Below, piece by piece: positions 1 to 7,461 of a stretch of 46,082 bases of DNA. Both the position numbers and the translations under genes were made by a program. How positions within the stretch are numbered: position 1 is the stretch's first letter; every line of letters starts with the position of its first letter. The notes under the pieces are model-generated. The model saw only the letters and a list, made by a program, of their open reading frames with translations. It was not told the DNA's origin and made no database searches. Source of the DNA: Myxococcota bacterium (GTDB lineage: Bacteria > Myxococcota > XYA12-FULL-58-9 > JALHOP01); the NCBI GenBank assembly GCA_041288095.1, contig JBGGMJ010000043.1, positions 1 through 46,082 of the forward strand. The letters are read 5' to 3'.

Positions 1-1
1 G

Positions 2-1126
2 CCGAAGGCCGCCGCGCCGAAGGCCGAGCAGCCGAAAGCCGAACAGCCGAAGGTCGCCGCGCCGAAGGCCGAGGCGCCGCGCCAGGCGGCCCACGCCACC
101 AATGGTGTGAGCGACGAAGAGCGCCGTCGCACCAAGAGCTCGCCGCTGGTTCGCAAGATCGCCGCCGAGAATGACATCGACATCACCCAGATCGAGGGCA
201 GCGGGATGTCGGGCCGGGTCACCAAAGACGACATCATGGGTTACATGGACCGCGGTCCGCAGCAGCAGGCCCCGCAGGCCCAGCGCGCCCCGAGTGGCTC
301 CGCGGGCATGGTGGCCAAGGGTGCTCCGCAAGCGCAGCTCTTGCCGTCGCAAGGGGCTCCGTCGGCCGGTGGCGGCGGCAACATTTACGACGTGCGCTCG
401 CCGGTGCCTGACGCTTATCGCGGACGCGTCTTCGAGGGCGACCGTGTCGAGCAGCTGTCGAACATGCGCGCCAAGATCGCCGAGCACATGGTGGTGTCGC
501 GCCGCGTGTCCGCTCACGTGAACACGGTGTGGGACGTCGACTTTACCAAGGTCGCGCAGCTGCGCTCGAAGCACAAAGCGGTTTGGGAGGAGCGCCACGG
601 CGTGAACCTCACCTACACCGCCTTCATCATGAAGGCCGTGGTCGACGCGCTGAAGGGCTTTCCCGTCCTCAACGCGAGCCTCGACGGCACCAACGTCATC
701 CATCACCGCAGCATCAATTTGGGTCTCGCGGTGGCGCTCGAGTGGGGCCTCATCGTGCCGGTCATTCACGGCTCGGACGAGCTCAACTTGCTGGGCCTCG
801 CGCGCCGCGGCGTCGATCTCGCGACGCGCGCCCGCAATCGCAAGCTCATGCCCGACGAGGTGAGCGGCGGCACGTTCACGATCACCAATCCCGGTCAGAT
901 CGGTCCGATGTTCAACATGCCCATCATCAACCAGCCGCAGGTCGCCATCTTGGGCGTCGGCATGGTCGAGAAGCGGCCGGTGGTCATCAACGACGCGATT
1001 GCGATTCGCACGCGCGCCTATCTGTCGCTCACCTTCGACCACCGTCTCATCGACGGCGCAGTGGCCGACAACTTCATGGCCAAGGTTAAGAAGAACATCG
1101 AAGAGTTCGACGAATCGGAGCTGTAG
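2..1126 (+). CDS. 2-oxoacid dehydrogenase complex E2 (dihydrolipoamide acyltransferase), 5' end outside window
   Basis: Frame open from base 2 (Ala/Pro/Lys linker PKAAAPKAEQ...). E3-binding domain SPLVRKIAAENDID...GSGMSGRVTKDD and catalytic DHRLIDG motif. Directly upstream of lipB-lipA. Substrate class (PDH/OGDH/BCKDH) not resolved. Confidence 0.93.
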   Translation, partial: PKAAAPKAEQPKAEQPKVAAPKAEAPRQAAHATNGVSDEERRRTKSSPLVRKIAAENDIDITQIEGSGMSGRVTKDDIMGYMDRGPQQQAPQAQRAPSGSAGMVAKGAPQAQLLPSQGAPSAGGGGNIYDVRSPVPDAYRGRVFEGDRVEQLSNMRAKIAEHMVVSRRVSAHVNTVWDVDFTKVAQLRSKHKAVWEERHGVNLTYTAFIMKAVVDALKGFPVLNASLDGTNVIHHRSINLGLAVALEWGLIVPVIHGSDELNLLGLARRGVDLATRARNRKLMPDEVSGGTFTITNPGQIGPMFNMPIINQPQVAILGVGMVEKRPVVINDAIAIRTRAYLSLTFDHRLIDGAVADNFMAKVKKNIEEFDESEL

Positions 1127-1130
1127 GCCG

Positions 1131-1778
1131 ATGAAGCTGCGCGTCGAGCGTATGGGTCGCATTGGCTACGCGCCGATGCTGGCCCTGCAGGAAGCTCGAC
1201 ACGCAGCCGTTTTAGCGGACACCGTGCCCGACACGTTGTTCTTGCTCGAGCACGACCCCGTGGTCACGCTCGGCAAGAACAGCGGGCTCGACGGCGCCGA
1301 CAACTTGAAGCGGACGCCGCAAGAGCTCGCGGCGTTGGGCATCGAGCTCCATCGCTCGTCGCGCGGCGGCGACGTGACCTACCACGGGCCCGGACAGATC
1401 GTCGGTTATCCCATCGTGAAGCTGCGCGATGGCGAGAAAGACATTCGTCGCTACATTTGGAACCTCGAAGAGGTGCTCATCCGAACCTGCGCCGAGTACG
1501 GTGTCACCGCTGAGCGCGTCGAGGCGCTGCGCGGCGTCTGGGTCGGCAATGACAAGGTCGCGGCCATCGGCGTCCGCGTCGCCCGCTGGACCACCATGCA
1601 CGGCTTCGCGCTCAACGTCGGCACCAACCTCGAGCACTTCGAAACCATCGTCCCCTGCGGCATCCACGGGCGGGGCGTGACCTCGCTCGAGGCCCTACTC
1701 GGCCGGAAGCTGCCCCTTTCCGAGATCGAGGACTATCTCGCCCGGCATTGTGCCCGGGTCTTGGGCCGTGAGCTCTGA
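1131..1778 (+). CDS. lipB: Octanoyltransferase LipB
   Basis: Motifs LEHDPVVTLG, RGGDVTYHGPGQ, KVAAIG, HGFALN, IVPCG. ATG 1131 lies 4 nt after the E2 stop. Confidence 0.96.
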   Translation: MKLRVERMGRIGYAPMLALQEARHAAVLADTVPDTLFLLEHDPVVTLGKNSGLDGADNLKRTPQELAALGIELHRSSRGGDVTYHGPGQIVGYPIVKLRDGEKDIRRYIWNLEEVLIRTCAEYGVTAERVEALRGVWVGNDKVAAIGVRVARWTTMHGFALNVGTNLEHFETIVPCGIHGRGVTSLEALLGRKLPLSEIEDYLARHCARVLGREL

Positions 1779-1828
1779 GCTTTGTTCGACTATTGCCAGG
1801 TCGCGATTGAAGGAGCAGAAAGTCGGTC

Positions 1829-2758
1829 GTGACTGACGTAGTTGCCAAAGAAGGCGTCGGCGCCCGCCGCCCCCCGTGGATGCGCATCAAGGTCCAGAAC
1901 ACCGAGACCTATAACGACGTCAAAAAGCTTCTCGGGGATTTGAAGCTCAACACCGTCTGCGAAGAAGCGCGCTGCCCGAACATCTGGGAGTGCTGGGGTC
2001 AGCACAAGACCGCGACCTTCATGATCTTGGGCGAGGTCTGCACGCGTAATTGCCGCTACTGCAGCGTCATCAGCGGCAAGCCGAAGAACCTCCCCGATCC
2101 CAAAGAGCCTGGGAACGTCGCCGAGGCGGTGGCGCGCCTAGGCATCACGCACGCGGTCCTCACCAGCGTCGACCGCGACGACTTGCCGGACTACGGCGCC
2201 TACCACTTCGTCGACACCATCAACGCCATCCGTGAGCGCAAGCCCGGCACCAAGATCGAGGTGCTCATCCCCGACTTCATGGGCGACCAGGCATCGCTGC
2301 GCAAAGTGCTCGACGCGCGCCCCGAGGTGTTGAACCACAACACCGAGACCGTGCCGCGCTTGTACAAGGCCATGCGCTCCAAGGGCATCTACGCCCGCTG
2401 CCTCGAGCTGCTCGCTCGAGCGGACGCCTATCGCAAGGGTGACAACGCCGGCGGCAAGCCCGTCGCCATGACCACGAAGACCGGCGTCATCGTCGGCTTG
2501 GGCGAGACCATCGACGAGCTCCTCGTGGTGATGGACGATCTGCGCAAGGTGGAGTGCGACGTGCTCACCCTCGGGCAGTACCTGAACCCGACGAAGAAAC
2601 ACGCGCCCATTGCCCGCTTCTACACTCCCGAAGAGTTCCGGTTGCTCAAGGAAGAGGGACTGAAGCGTGGCTTCAAGCACGTCGAGAGTGGTCCGCTCGT
2701 GCGGAGCAGCTACCACGCGCATTCGCATATGCCGGGCGCGGCCTCGACGAGCCTCTAG
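1829..2758 (+). CDS. lipA: Lipoyl synthase LipA (radical SAM)
   Basis: CEEARCPNIWEC auxiliary cluster motif, CTRNCRYC radical-SAM motif, C-terminal RSSYHA. AAGGAG upstream of the GTG. Confidence 0.97.
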   Translation: MTDVVAKEGVGARRPPWMRIKVQNTETYNDVKKLLGDLKLNTVCEEARCPNIWECWGQHKTATFMILGEVCTRNCRYCSVISGKPKNLPDPKEPGNVAEAVARLGITHAVLTSVDRDDLPDYGAYHFVDTINAIRERKPGTKIEVLIPDFMGDQASLRKVLDARPEVLNHNTETVPRLYKAMRSKGIYARCLELLARADAYRKGDNAGGKPVAMTTKTGVIVGLGETIDELLVVMDDLRKVECDVLTLGQYLNPTKKHAPIARFYTPEEFRLLKEEGLKRGFKHVESGPLVRSSYHAHSHMPGAASTSL

Positions 2759-2783
2759 CTGGTCGCTGGGCTGACCAGTACAC

Positions 2784-2823
2784 GGTGCGCGGTGGTAACT
2801 CCGCGTACCATCTAAGTTTTTTT
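2784..2823 (+). terminator. Possible intrinsic terminator after lipA
   Basis: Stem GGTGCGCGG/CCGCGTACC (one G-U), 8-nt loop, and a T7 run that starts 7 nt after the stem rather than immediately after it. Confidence 0.35.
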
Positions 2824-2904
2824 AACCACGCCGCCGCTCACACCGTAGGTCCCTACGACCTCGCCGGCACCTCGCGCCCCGCCACGGCAGAACCGGAGTG
2901 AGTC

Positions 2905-3525
2905 ATGCCTTTGCATTTTTTGAAGCCGAACCAGAGCCTACGCCTCCAACAGATCGGCGACGCCAACTTCCAGGCGCCGCGACCGAACATGCCCGCGCCG
3001 TCCGCTCCTGGGCCGTCGCCAGCGGCGCCGACGCCACCGTTGCCGTCCGCGCCAGCGCCGGGCGCGCCGGCGCCGCAAGGTAGCGGCTTGCCGATGGGCG
3101 CGGAGCCCCCGGCGCAGCTGTCGCCGATGCCGCTCGTGCCGCCCGGGGTGTTGCCGCCGGTCGGTGGCGGTGGCACGCACAACGGTATTCCCGGTGCGAG
3201 CCCCGGTGGAGCGGCTGGGCCTCAGCCGCCGAACGTCGGTGGTCCGGTGCCTCAGCCCCCGGTGATTGGCGGCCCGGCTCCGCAGCCTCCGGTCATTGGT
3301 GGCCCGGCTCCTCAGCCCCCGGTGATTGGCGGCCCGGCTCCTCAGCCTCCGGTGATTGGCGGCCCGGCTCCTCAGCCCCCGGTGATCGGCGGCCTGCCTC
3401 CGCAGCCTCCGGTGATTGGCGGCCCGGCTCCGCAGCCTCCGGTGATTGGCGGCCTTCCTCCGCAGCCTCCGGTGATCGGCGCTCCTCTTCCTCCCGCTCC
3501 CGGCGACATGCCCGTCGGGGTATAG
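2905..3525 (+). CDS. Proline/glycine-rich low-complexity protein with GGPAPQPPVI decapeptide repeats
   Basis: GGAG upstream of the ATG. Repeat variation is mostly at third codon positions of this frame. Stop lies 7 nt before the activator gene. No signal peptide or recognisable domain. Confidence 0.7.
   Translation: MPLHFLKPNQSLRLQQIGDANFQAPRPNMPAPSAPGPSPAAPTPPLPSAPAPGAPAPQGSGLPMGAEPPAQLSPMPLVPPGVLPPVGGGGTHNGIPGASPGGAAGPQPPNVGGPVPQPPVIGGPAPQPPVIGGPAPQPPVIGGPAPQPPVIGGPAPQPPVIGGLPPQPPVIGGPAPQPPVIGGLPPQPPVIGAPLPPAPGDMPVGV
3238..3477 (+). repeat. 30-bp coding tandem repeat, 8 units (plus one degenerate unit at 3208-3237)
   Basis: Units such as ggcggcccggctccgcagcctccggtgatt at 30-bp period, encoding GG(P/L)(A/P/V)PQPPVI. 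Confidence 0.95.
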
Positions 3526-3532
3526 GTGAAGG

Positions 3533-4897
3533 ATGGATAGTCGGGCGACCCAGGTCGATGACGAGCGCGCGGGTATCCTCGCGCGCGTCTCTCGGGCCTG
3601 CGTCGTTCGCATCAGCAGCGGCCCGACGTTCGGTGAGGAAGTGGCGCTCGCATCGCGCCCCGTCCTCATCGGCGCCGGGCCTGACTGCTCCGTGGTGCTC
3701 GATGACGCCAAGGTGAGTCGCCGCCACTGTGAGCTGCGTCTCGTCGAAGAGGGAGTCGAGGTTCGCGATTGCGACTCGCGCAACGGTACCTTCGTCGACG
3801 GTGTGCGGGTGTCGACGGCCATCGCCGCCATCGGCGCGACCCTCAAGGTCGGTGACACTACCCTGCAGCTGACCAACGCGGAGCCCCTCGGCATCGACCC
3901 GAGCACGCGTGACCGTTTTGGCGGACTCATCGGTCGCTCGGCGGTGATGCGCGAGATCTTCGCCGTCCTGGAGCTCGTGGCGCCGAGCGAAGCCACGGTC
4001 TTGCTAATCGGTGAGTCCGGCACCGGCAAAGAGCTCGCGGCGCGCGCGGTGCACGACCATTCGCGGCGCCCTGGCGGACCCTTCGTGGTGTTCGACTGCA
4101 GCTCTGTGAAGCCCGAGCTGATCGAGTCGCAGTTGTTCGGACACGTGCGCGGTGCTTTCACCGGCGCGGCCCAAGCCCGAGATGGCGCTTTCGTGCGCGC
4201 GACCGGCGGCACCCTTTTCATCGACGAGCTCGGCGAGCTACCGCTCGACTTGCAGGGGCGGCTCTTGCGCGCGCTCGAGAGCCGCACGGTGCAGGCTTTG
4301 GGCAGCGACAGCGAGACCAGTGTCGATGTTCGCATCGTCGCCGCGACCCACCGTGACCTCTCGGCGATGGTCGCCCAACGCACTTTTCGCTTCGACCTCT
4401 ATCAACGCATTTCCGTGGTGCAGCTCCAGCTGCCTCCTCTCAAGGCACGCCTCGACGACATAGCGCCGCTGGTCGAGCACTTCTACGAAGGCCGCAAAGT
4501 GTCGCCCGGCCCCATCGACGGAGCGGGACTCGCCGCGCTCCAAGGCCGTGTCTGGCCTGGCAACGTGCGCGAGCTGCGCAACGTCCTCGAGCGGGCCTTC
4601 GTGCTCTCGGGTGAGACCGCGCCCGCCTTCGCAACGCTCACGCCATGGCTGGGGCGGAGCAACGCGTCGAGCGCGACCCAAGCTCCACGACCCGCCGAGC
4701 TCGCCGGCGCCTTCAAGGAAGCAAAGGCGCGGAGCGTCGAGGCTTTCGAGAGGAGCTACCTCGACGCCTTGATGCGTCGCTTCGACGGTAACATCTCGCA
4801 TGCCGCGACCTTCGCGGAGCTGAGCCGCCACCATTTGCGCGAGCTCCTCGTGAAACACGGTCTCTACGACGGTGATGGCGACGGCAGCGACCGCTGA
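3533..4897 (+). CDS. FHA-domain sigma54-dependent enhancer-binding protein (FHA-AAA+-HTH)
   Basis: FHA motifs VSRRHC and SRNGTFVDG. Walker A GESGTGKE, GAFTGA loop, Walker B LFIDE, WPGNVRELRN, Fis-type HTH (GNISHAA). Confidence 0.93.
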   Translation: MDSRATQVDDERAGILARVSRACVVRISSGPTFGEEVALASRPVLIGAGPDCSVVLDDAKVSRRHCELRLVEEGVEVRDCDSRNGTFVDGVRVSTAIAAIGATLKVGDTTLQLTNAEPLGIDPSTRDRFGGLIGRSAVMREIFAVLELVAPSEATVLLIGESGTGKELAARAVHDHSRRPGGPFVVFDCSSVKPELIESQLFGHVRGAFTGAAQARDGAFVRATGGTLFIDELGELPLDLQGRLLRALESRTVQALGSDSETSVDVRIVAATHRDLSAMVAQRTFRFDLYQRISVVQLQLPPLKARLDDIAPLVEHFYEGRKVSPGPIDGAGLAALQGRVWPGNVRELRNVLERAFVLSGETAPAFATLTPWLGRSNASSATQAPRPAELAGAFKEAKARSVEAFERSYLDALMRRFDGNISHAATFAELSRHHLRELLVKHGLYDGDGDGSDR

Positions 4898-4964
4898 GCG
4901 CCGCGCGGCGGTCACTCCTCCGACCAGCGGACCGCGAGAATCGCCGATTGGCGCCCGTTCTCGC

Positions 4965-4983
4965 CTGGCACGACGCTGGCATT
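4965..4983 (+). promoter_or_regulatory. sigma54 (-24/-12) promoter candidate
   Basis: CTGGCACGACGCTGGCATT: GG (4967-68), N10, GC (4979-80). One mismatch to TGGCACG-N4-TTGC. Lies ~70 nt after a sigma54 activator gene. Confidence 0.65.
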
Positions 4984-4991
4984 ACTAGGAC

Positions 4992-5082
4992 TCGCCAGCC
5001 CATTCGGGCTTGGTCGTGACCTGACCGCCGGCGAGCAGGGTGCTCCGTGGCGGGGCATCGTCGGCGGTCAGTCACGCAGTTT
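4992..5082 (+). ncRNA. Candidate structured small RNA
   Basis: Starts at the expected sigma54 +1. Small hairpin 4994-5014, then a long hairpin 5015-5076 (19-bp + 7-bp stems; wobble pairs valid only for the + strand), ending near TTT. No credible + strand ORF. Confidence 0.45.
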
Positions 5083-5096
5083 CGGGGGCCTAGCAG

Positions 5097-5897
5097 TCAG
5101 CGTTGCCAATCGAAGGTCGCCGGCGTCGTCGCCGAGTCGCCCGAGGTCGCATGCACGATGATGCCCGTGGTCACCGCCAGGACACCGGCAGCCGCGGCCC
5201 AGGTGTACCAGCGCTGGTACCAAGCGCGATTCTCGCGCGGCGGCAGTTGCAGCAAGCGCGGCGTCTTCGGATCCGCCGAGCGCTGCACCACGTTGCCCGC
5301 GTCATCGTACAGCAACACATACAGCGCGACCGTCTCGGTTGCGACCGGAGTGTCCGCTGGAGCGGATATAGTCGAGACCGCCGGCTTGCCGACGCCCGTC
5401 GGGAGCCCCGGTGCGCAGGTCACGGCCGTATCTCCGCGCGCCGCGCAGACGCTGGCTTTGCGCATGAGACCAAGGTCGTCACGCAGGATGTCGATGGTTA
5501 CCGGCAGCGGATCGCCCGCGAGCTGACCGCGCGGCCAGACGTAGTCGATCGCGGCGACGGGCTGGCGCTCGAGGCGGCGGCGCGCAGCTTCATAGGGAAA
5601 GGTCGCCTTGGGCGACAGCGTGTAGCTGAGCACATGGTTTGGCGCGATGGCGAGGAGGTGCACGAAGGCTTCTTCGGCGGCTTGGCGCCGATCCGCGTAG
5701 GCGCGTGCGATGCCCAGCGCTTCCCAGAGCGCGACATTGTCCTCGTAGCCATAGCCTCGTTCGTGCGCCGCTGCTTCGAGCGCGGTGAGCGCGGGCTCGA
5801 GCTCGAAGCGCGCCAAGAGCTCTCGGCCACGGTTCAGGGCCGCATGCGAAGGGGTCTGTGCCAGCACCGCAAGCGCCGCGATCGTGGGTGCGAGCAT
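5097..5897 (-). CDS. Exported TPR-like protein with C-terminal membrane anchor
   Basis: N-terminal signal-like segment, helical TPR-like region (LGIARAY...AEEAFVHLLAIAP) and C-terminal WYQRWYTWAAAAGVLAVTTGII hydrophobic segment of a type common in myxobacterial proteins. Confidence 0.75.
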   Translation of the reverse strand: MLAPTIAALAVLAQTPSHAALNRGRELLARFELEPALTALEAAAHERGYGYEDNVALWEALGIARAYADRRQAAEEAFVHLLAIAPNHVLSYTLSPKATFPYEAARRRLERQPVAAIDYVWPRGQLAGDPLPVTIDILRDDLGLMRKASVCAARGDTAVTCAPGLPTGVGKPAVSTISAPADTPVATETVALYVLLYDDAGNVVQRSADPKTPRLLQLPPRENRAWYQRWYTWAAAAGVLAVTTGIIVHATSGDSATTPATFDWQR

Positions 5898-5922
5898 TCA
5901 CATGATGATAACGTAAGCGTGG

Positions 5923-7461
5923 ATGGCACGCACTCCCACGCGACGCTTCGGCGACTACGACCAAGTCGCCACCTTGAGGAGCGGTGGCATGGGTGAGGTG
6001 CTGCTCGCACGCAAGGTCGGCGCCATGGGATTCACGCGCCTCGCCGCGGTCAAGACCATCCGCGATGACCGACGCAGCGACGAAAGCGCGCGTCGGATGT
6101 TTCGCGACGAGGCGCGGATCGCTGCCCGCTTGCATCACCCGGCGATCGGGCAGGTCTACGACTTCGGTGCCAGCGATGACGTGCTTTACTACGTGATGGA
6201 GTACGTCGCTGGTGTGTCCCTCGACGCCCTCACCGCGACGGCGAGCGAGCCGGTAAGTCCGGAGCATGTCGCCCGCATCGGCGCCACGGCGGCGCGCGGG
6301 CTGCACGCCGCGCACACGCTCGAGGTGGTGCATCGCGATGTGAGTCCGCAGAACGTGATGCTCACCTACGACGGCGCCGTGAAGGTGATCGATTTCGGCA
6401 TCGCACGGGCGCGCGACCGTGGTGGTAGCACCGAGGTGGGCACCATGAAGGGGAAGCCCGCATACATGGCACCCGAACAGATCGACGCTCGCGGCATGGT
6501 CGACCGGCGCACGGACCTCTGGGCGCTGGGAGTCGTGCTGTGGGAGCTTGCGACAGGCCGGCGCTTGTTTGCTGGAACGGACAACCGCGCCGTGGCGCGC
6601 GACGTGCTCACGCATCGCATTCAGCCGCTGTCGTCCTTCAAAGCGGACGCGCCGCCCGGTCTCGTCGCCGTCGTGGAGCGGTGTCTCGCGCGCAACCCGA
6701 ACATGCGGCCGGAGACGGCGCTGGAGGTCGCGGAGGCGTTGGAGGAAGTCGCGGCGGGGAGCGAGGTGCTCGAGACGTTCGCGGCGCGGGCGCTCGCCGA
6801 GGCGCGCCGCAAGCACGACGAGTGGTTGGCGGAGCTCCTGGCGGGGAGCGTGGTGGAGGTGAAGGGGAGGGCGGTTGGAGTCGCGACGATGGGGGCGTCG
6901 CGGGATGGCTCGTCGGCGACGCAGGCGAGGACGCAGGTGTCGCGGCGGACCCCGTGGGCGGCGCTGGGGGTGGCGTTGGCGTTGGTGGTCGGCGGCGTGG
7001 CGTTGATGTGGATGATGCGGGAGCGGCCGGTCGATGGACGAGCGTTGATTGCCGATGAGCGATTGCCGACCTCCGATAACCGAGCGCCGACTGCCGATGA
7101 GCGATTGCCGATCTCCGATAACCGAGCGCCGATTGCCGAAGAGCGATTGCCGACGTCCGATAACCGAACGCCGATTGCCGATAACCGAACGCGACCACGA
7201 CCCGCCAAGCGCCAACCATCCGTGACACCACCGTCCGCCAAAGTGGACGCAGCGCCGGGCTACCTTCGCGCCATCGCCGAGCCCTATGCCCTCGTTCGCG
7301 TCAACGGCACCATCGTTGGCCCGACCCCTCTCATGCGTTACGAGGTTCCCTCGGGCTCGGTCCTGGTCGAGCTCCTCGAGCCGGACAGCGGCGCCGTACG
7401 CTTGAAGAAAACCGTGCATGTCCACGCCGGCGAGCTCGCGACCGTCGGAGCCGTGCCATGA
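5923..7461 (+). CDS. Membrane Ser/Thr protein kinase with extracytoplasmic PEGA-like domain
   Basis: [40 protein letters not shown] helix [20 protein letters not shown]-terminal [20 protein letters not shown]-like domain. Confidence 0.93.
   Translation: MARTPTRRFGDYDQVATLRSGGMGEVLLARKVGAMGFTRLAAVKTIRDDRRSDESARRMFRDEARIAARLHHPAIGQVYDFGASDDVLYYVMEYVAGVSLDALTATASEPVSPEHVARIGATAARGLHAAHTLEVVHRDVSPQNVMLTYDGAVKVIDFGIARARDRGGSTEVGTMKGKPAYMAPEQIDARGMVDRRTDLWALGVVLWELATGRRLFAGTDNRAVARDVLTHRIQPLSSFKADAPPGLVAVVERCLARNPNMRPETALEVAEALEEVAAGSEVLETFAARALAEARRKHDEWLAELLAGSVVEVKGRAVGVATMGASRDGSSATQARTQVSRRTPWAALGVALALVVGGVALMWMMRERPVDGRALIADERLPTSDNRAPTADERLPISDNRAPIAEERLPTSDNRTPIADNRTRPRPAKRQPSVTPPSAKVDAAPGYLRAIAEPYALVRVNGTIVGPTPLMRYEVPSGSVLVELLEPDSGAVRLKKTVHVHAGELATVGAVP
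7032..7192 (+). repeat. Array of 23 CGA-N4 heptamers with a 42-bp higher-order repeat, in frame within the kinase gene
   Basis: cgatgga cgagcgt tgattgc cgatgag cgattgc cgacctc cgataac cgagcgc ... cgaacgc. The 42-bp units encode (I/T)A(D/E)ERLP(T/I)SDNR(A/T)P three times. Confidence 0.92.

Noticed and set aside
3238-3477. 30-bp repeats as a CRISPR array or multi-core RiPP precursor
   Set aside because: Units are directly adjacent with no spacers and no cas genes. No RiPP maturase or dedicated protease/transporter is adjacent.
4985-5093. SRP RNA, tRNA or true Pxr homolog
   Set aside because: No SRP GNRA/CAGG-AGCA domain and no cloverleaf. I cannot support sequence similarity to Pxr.
5047-5526. 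+ strand ORF as the protein target of the sigma54 promoter
   Set aside because: It lies antisense to the 5097-5897 gene, its start is buried in the long hairpin, it has no RBS, and the product is not protein-like.
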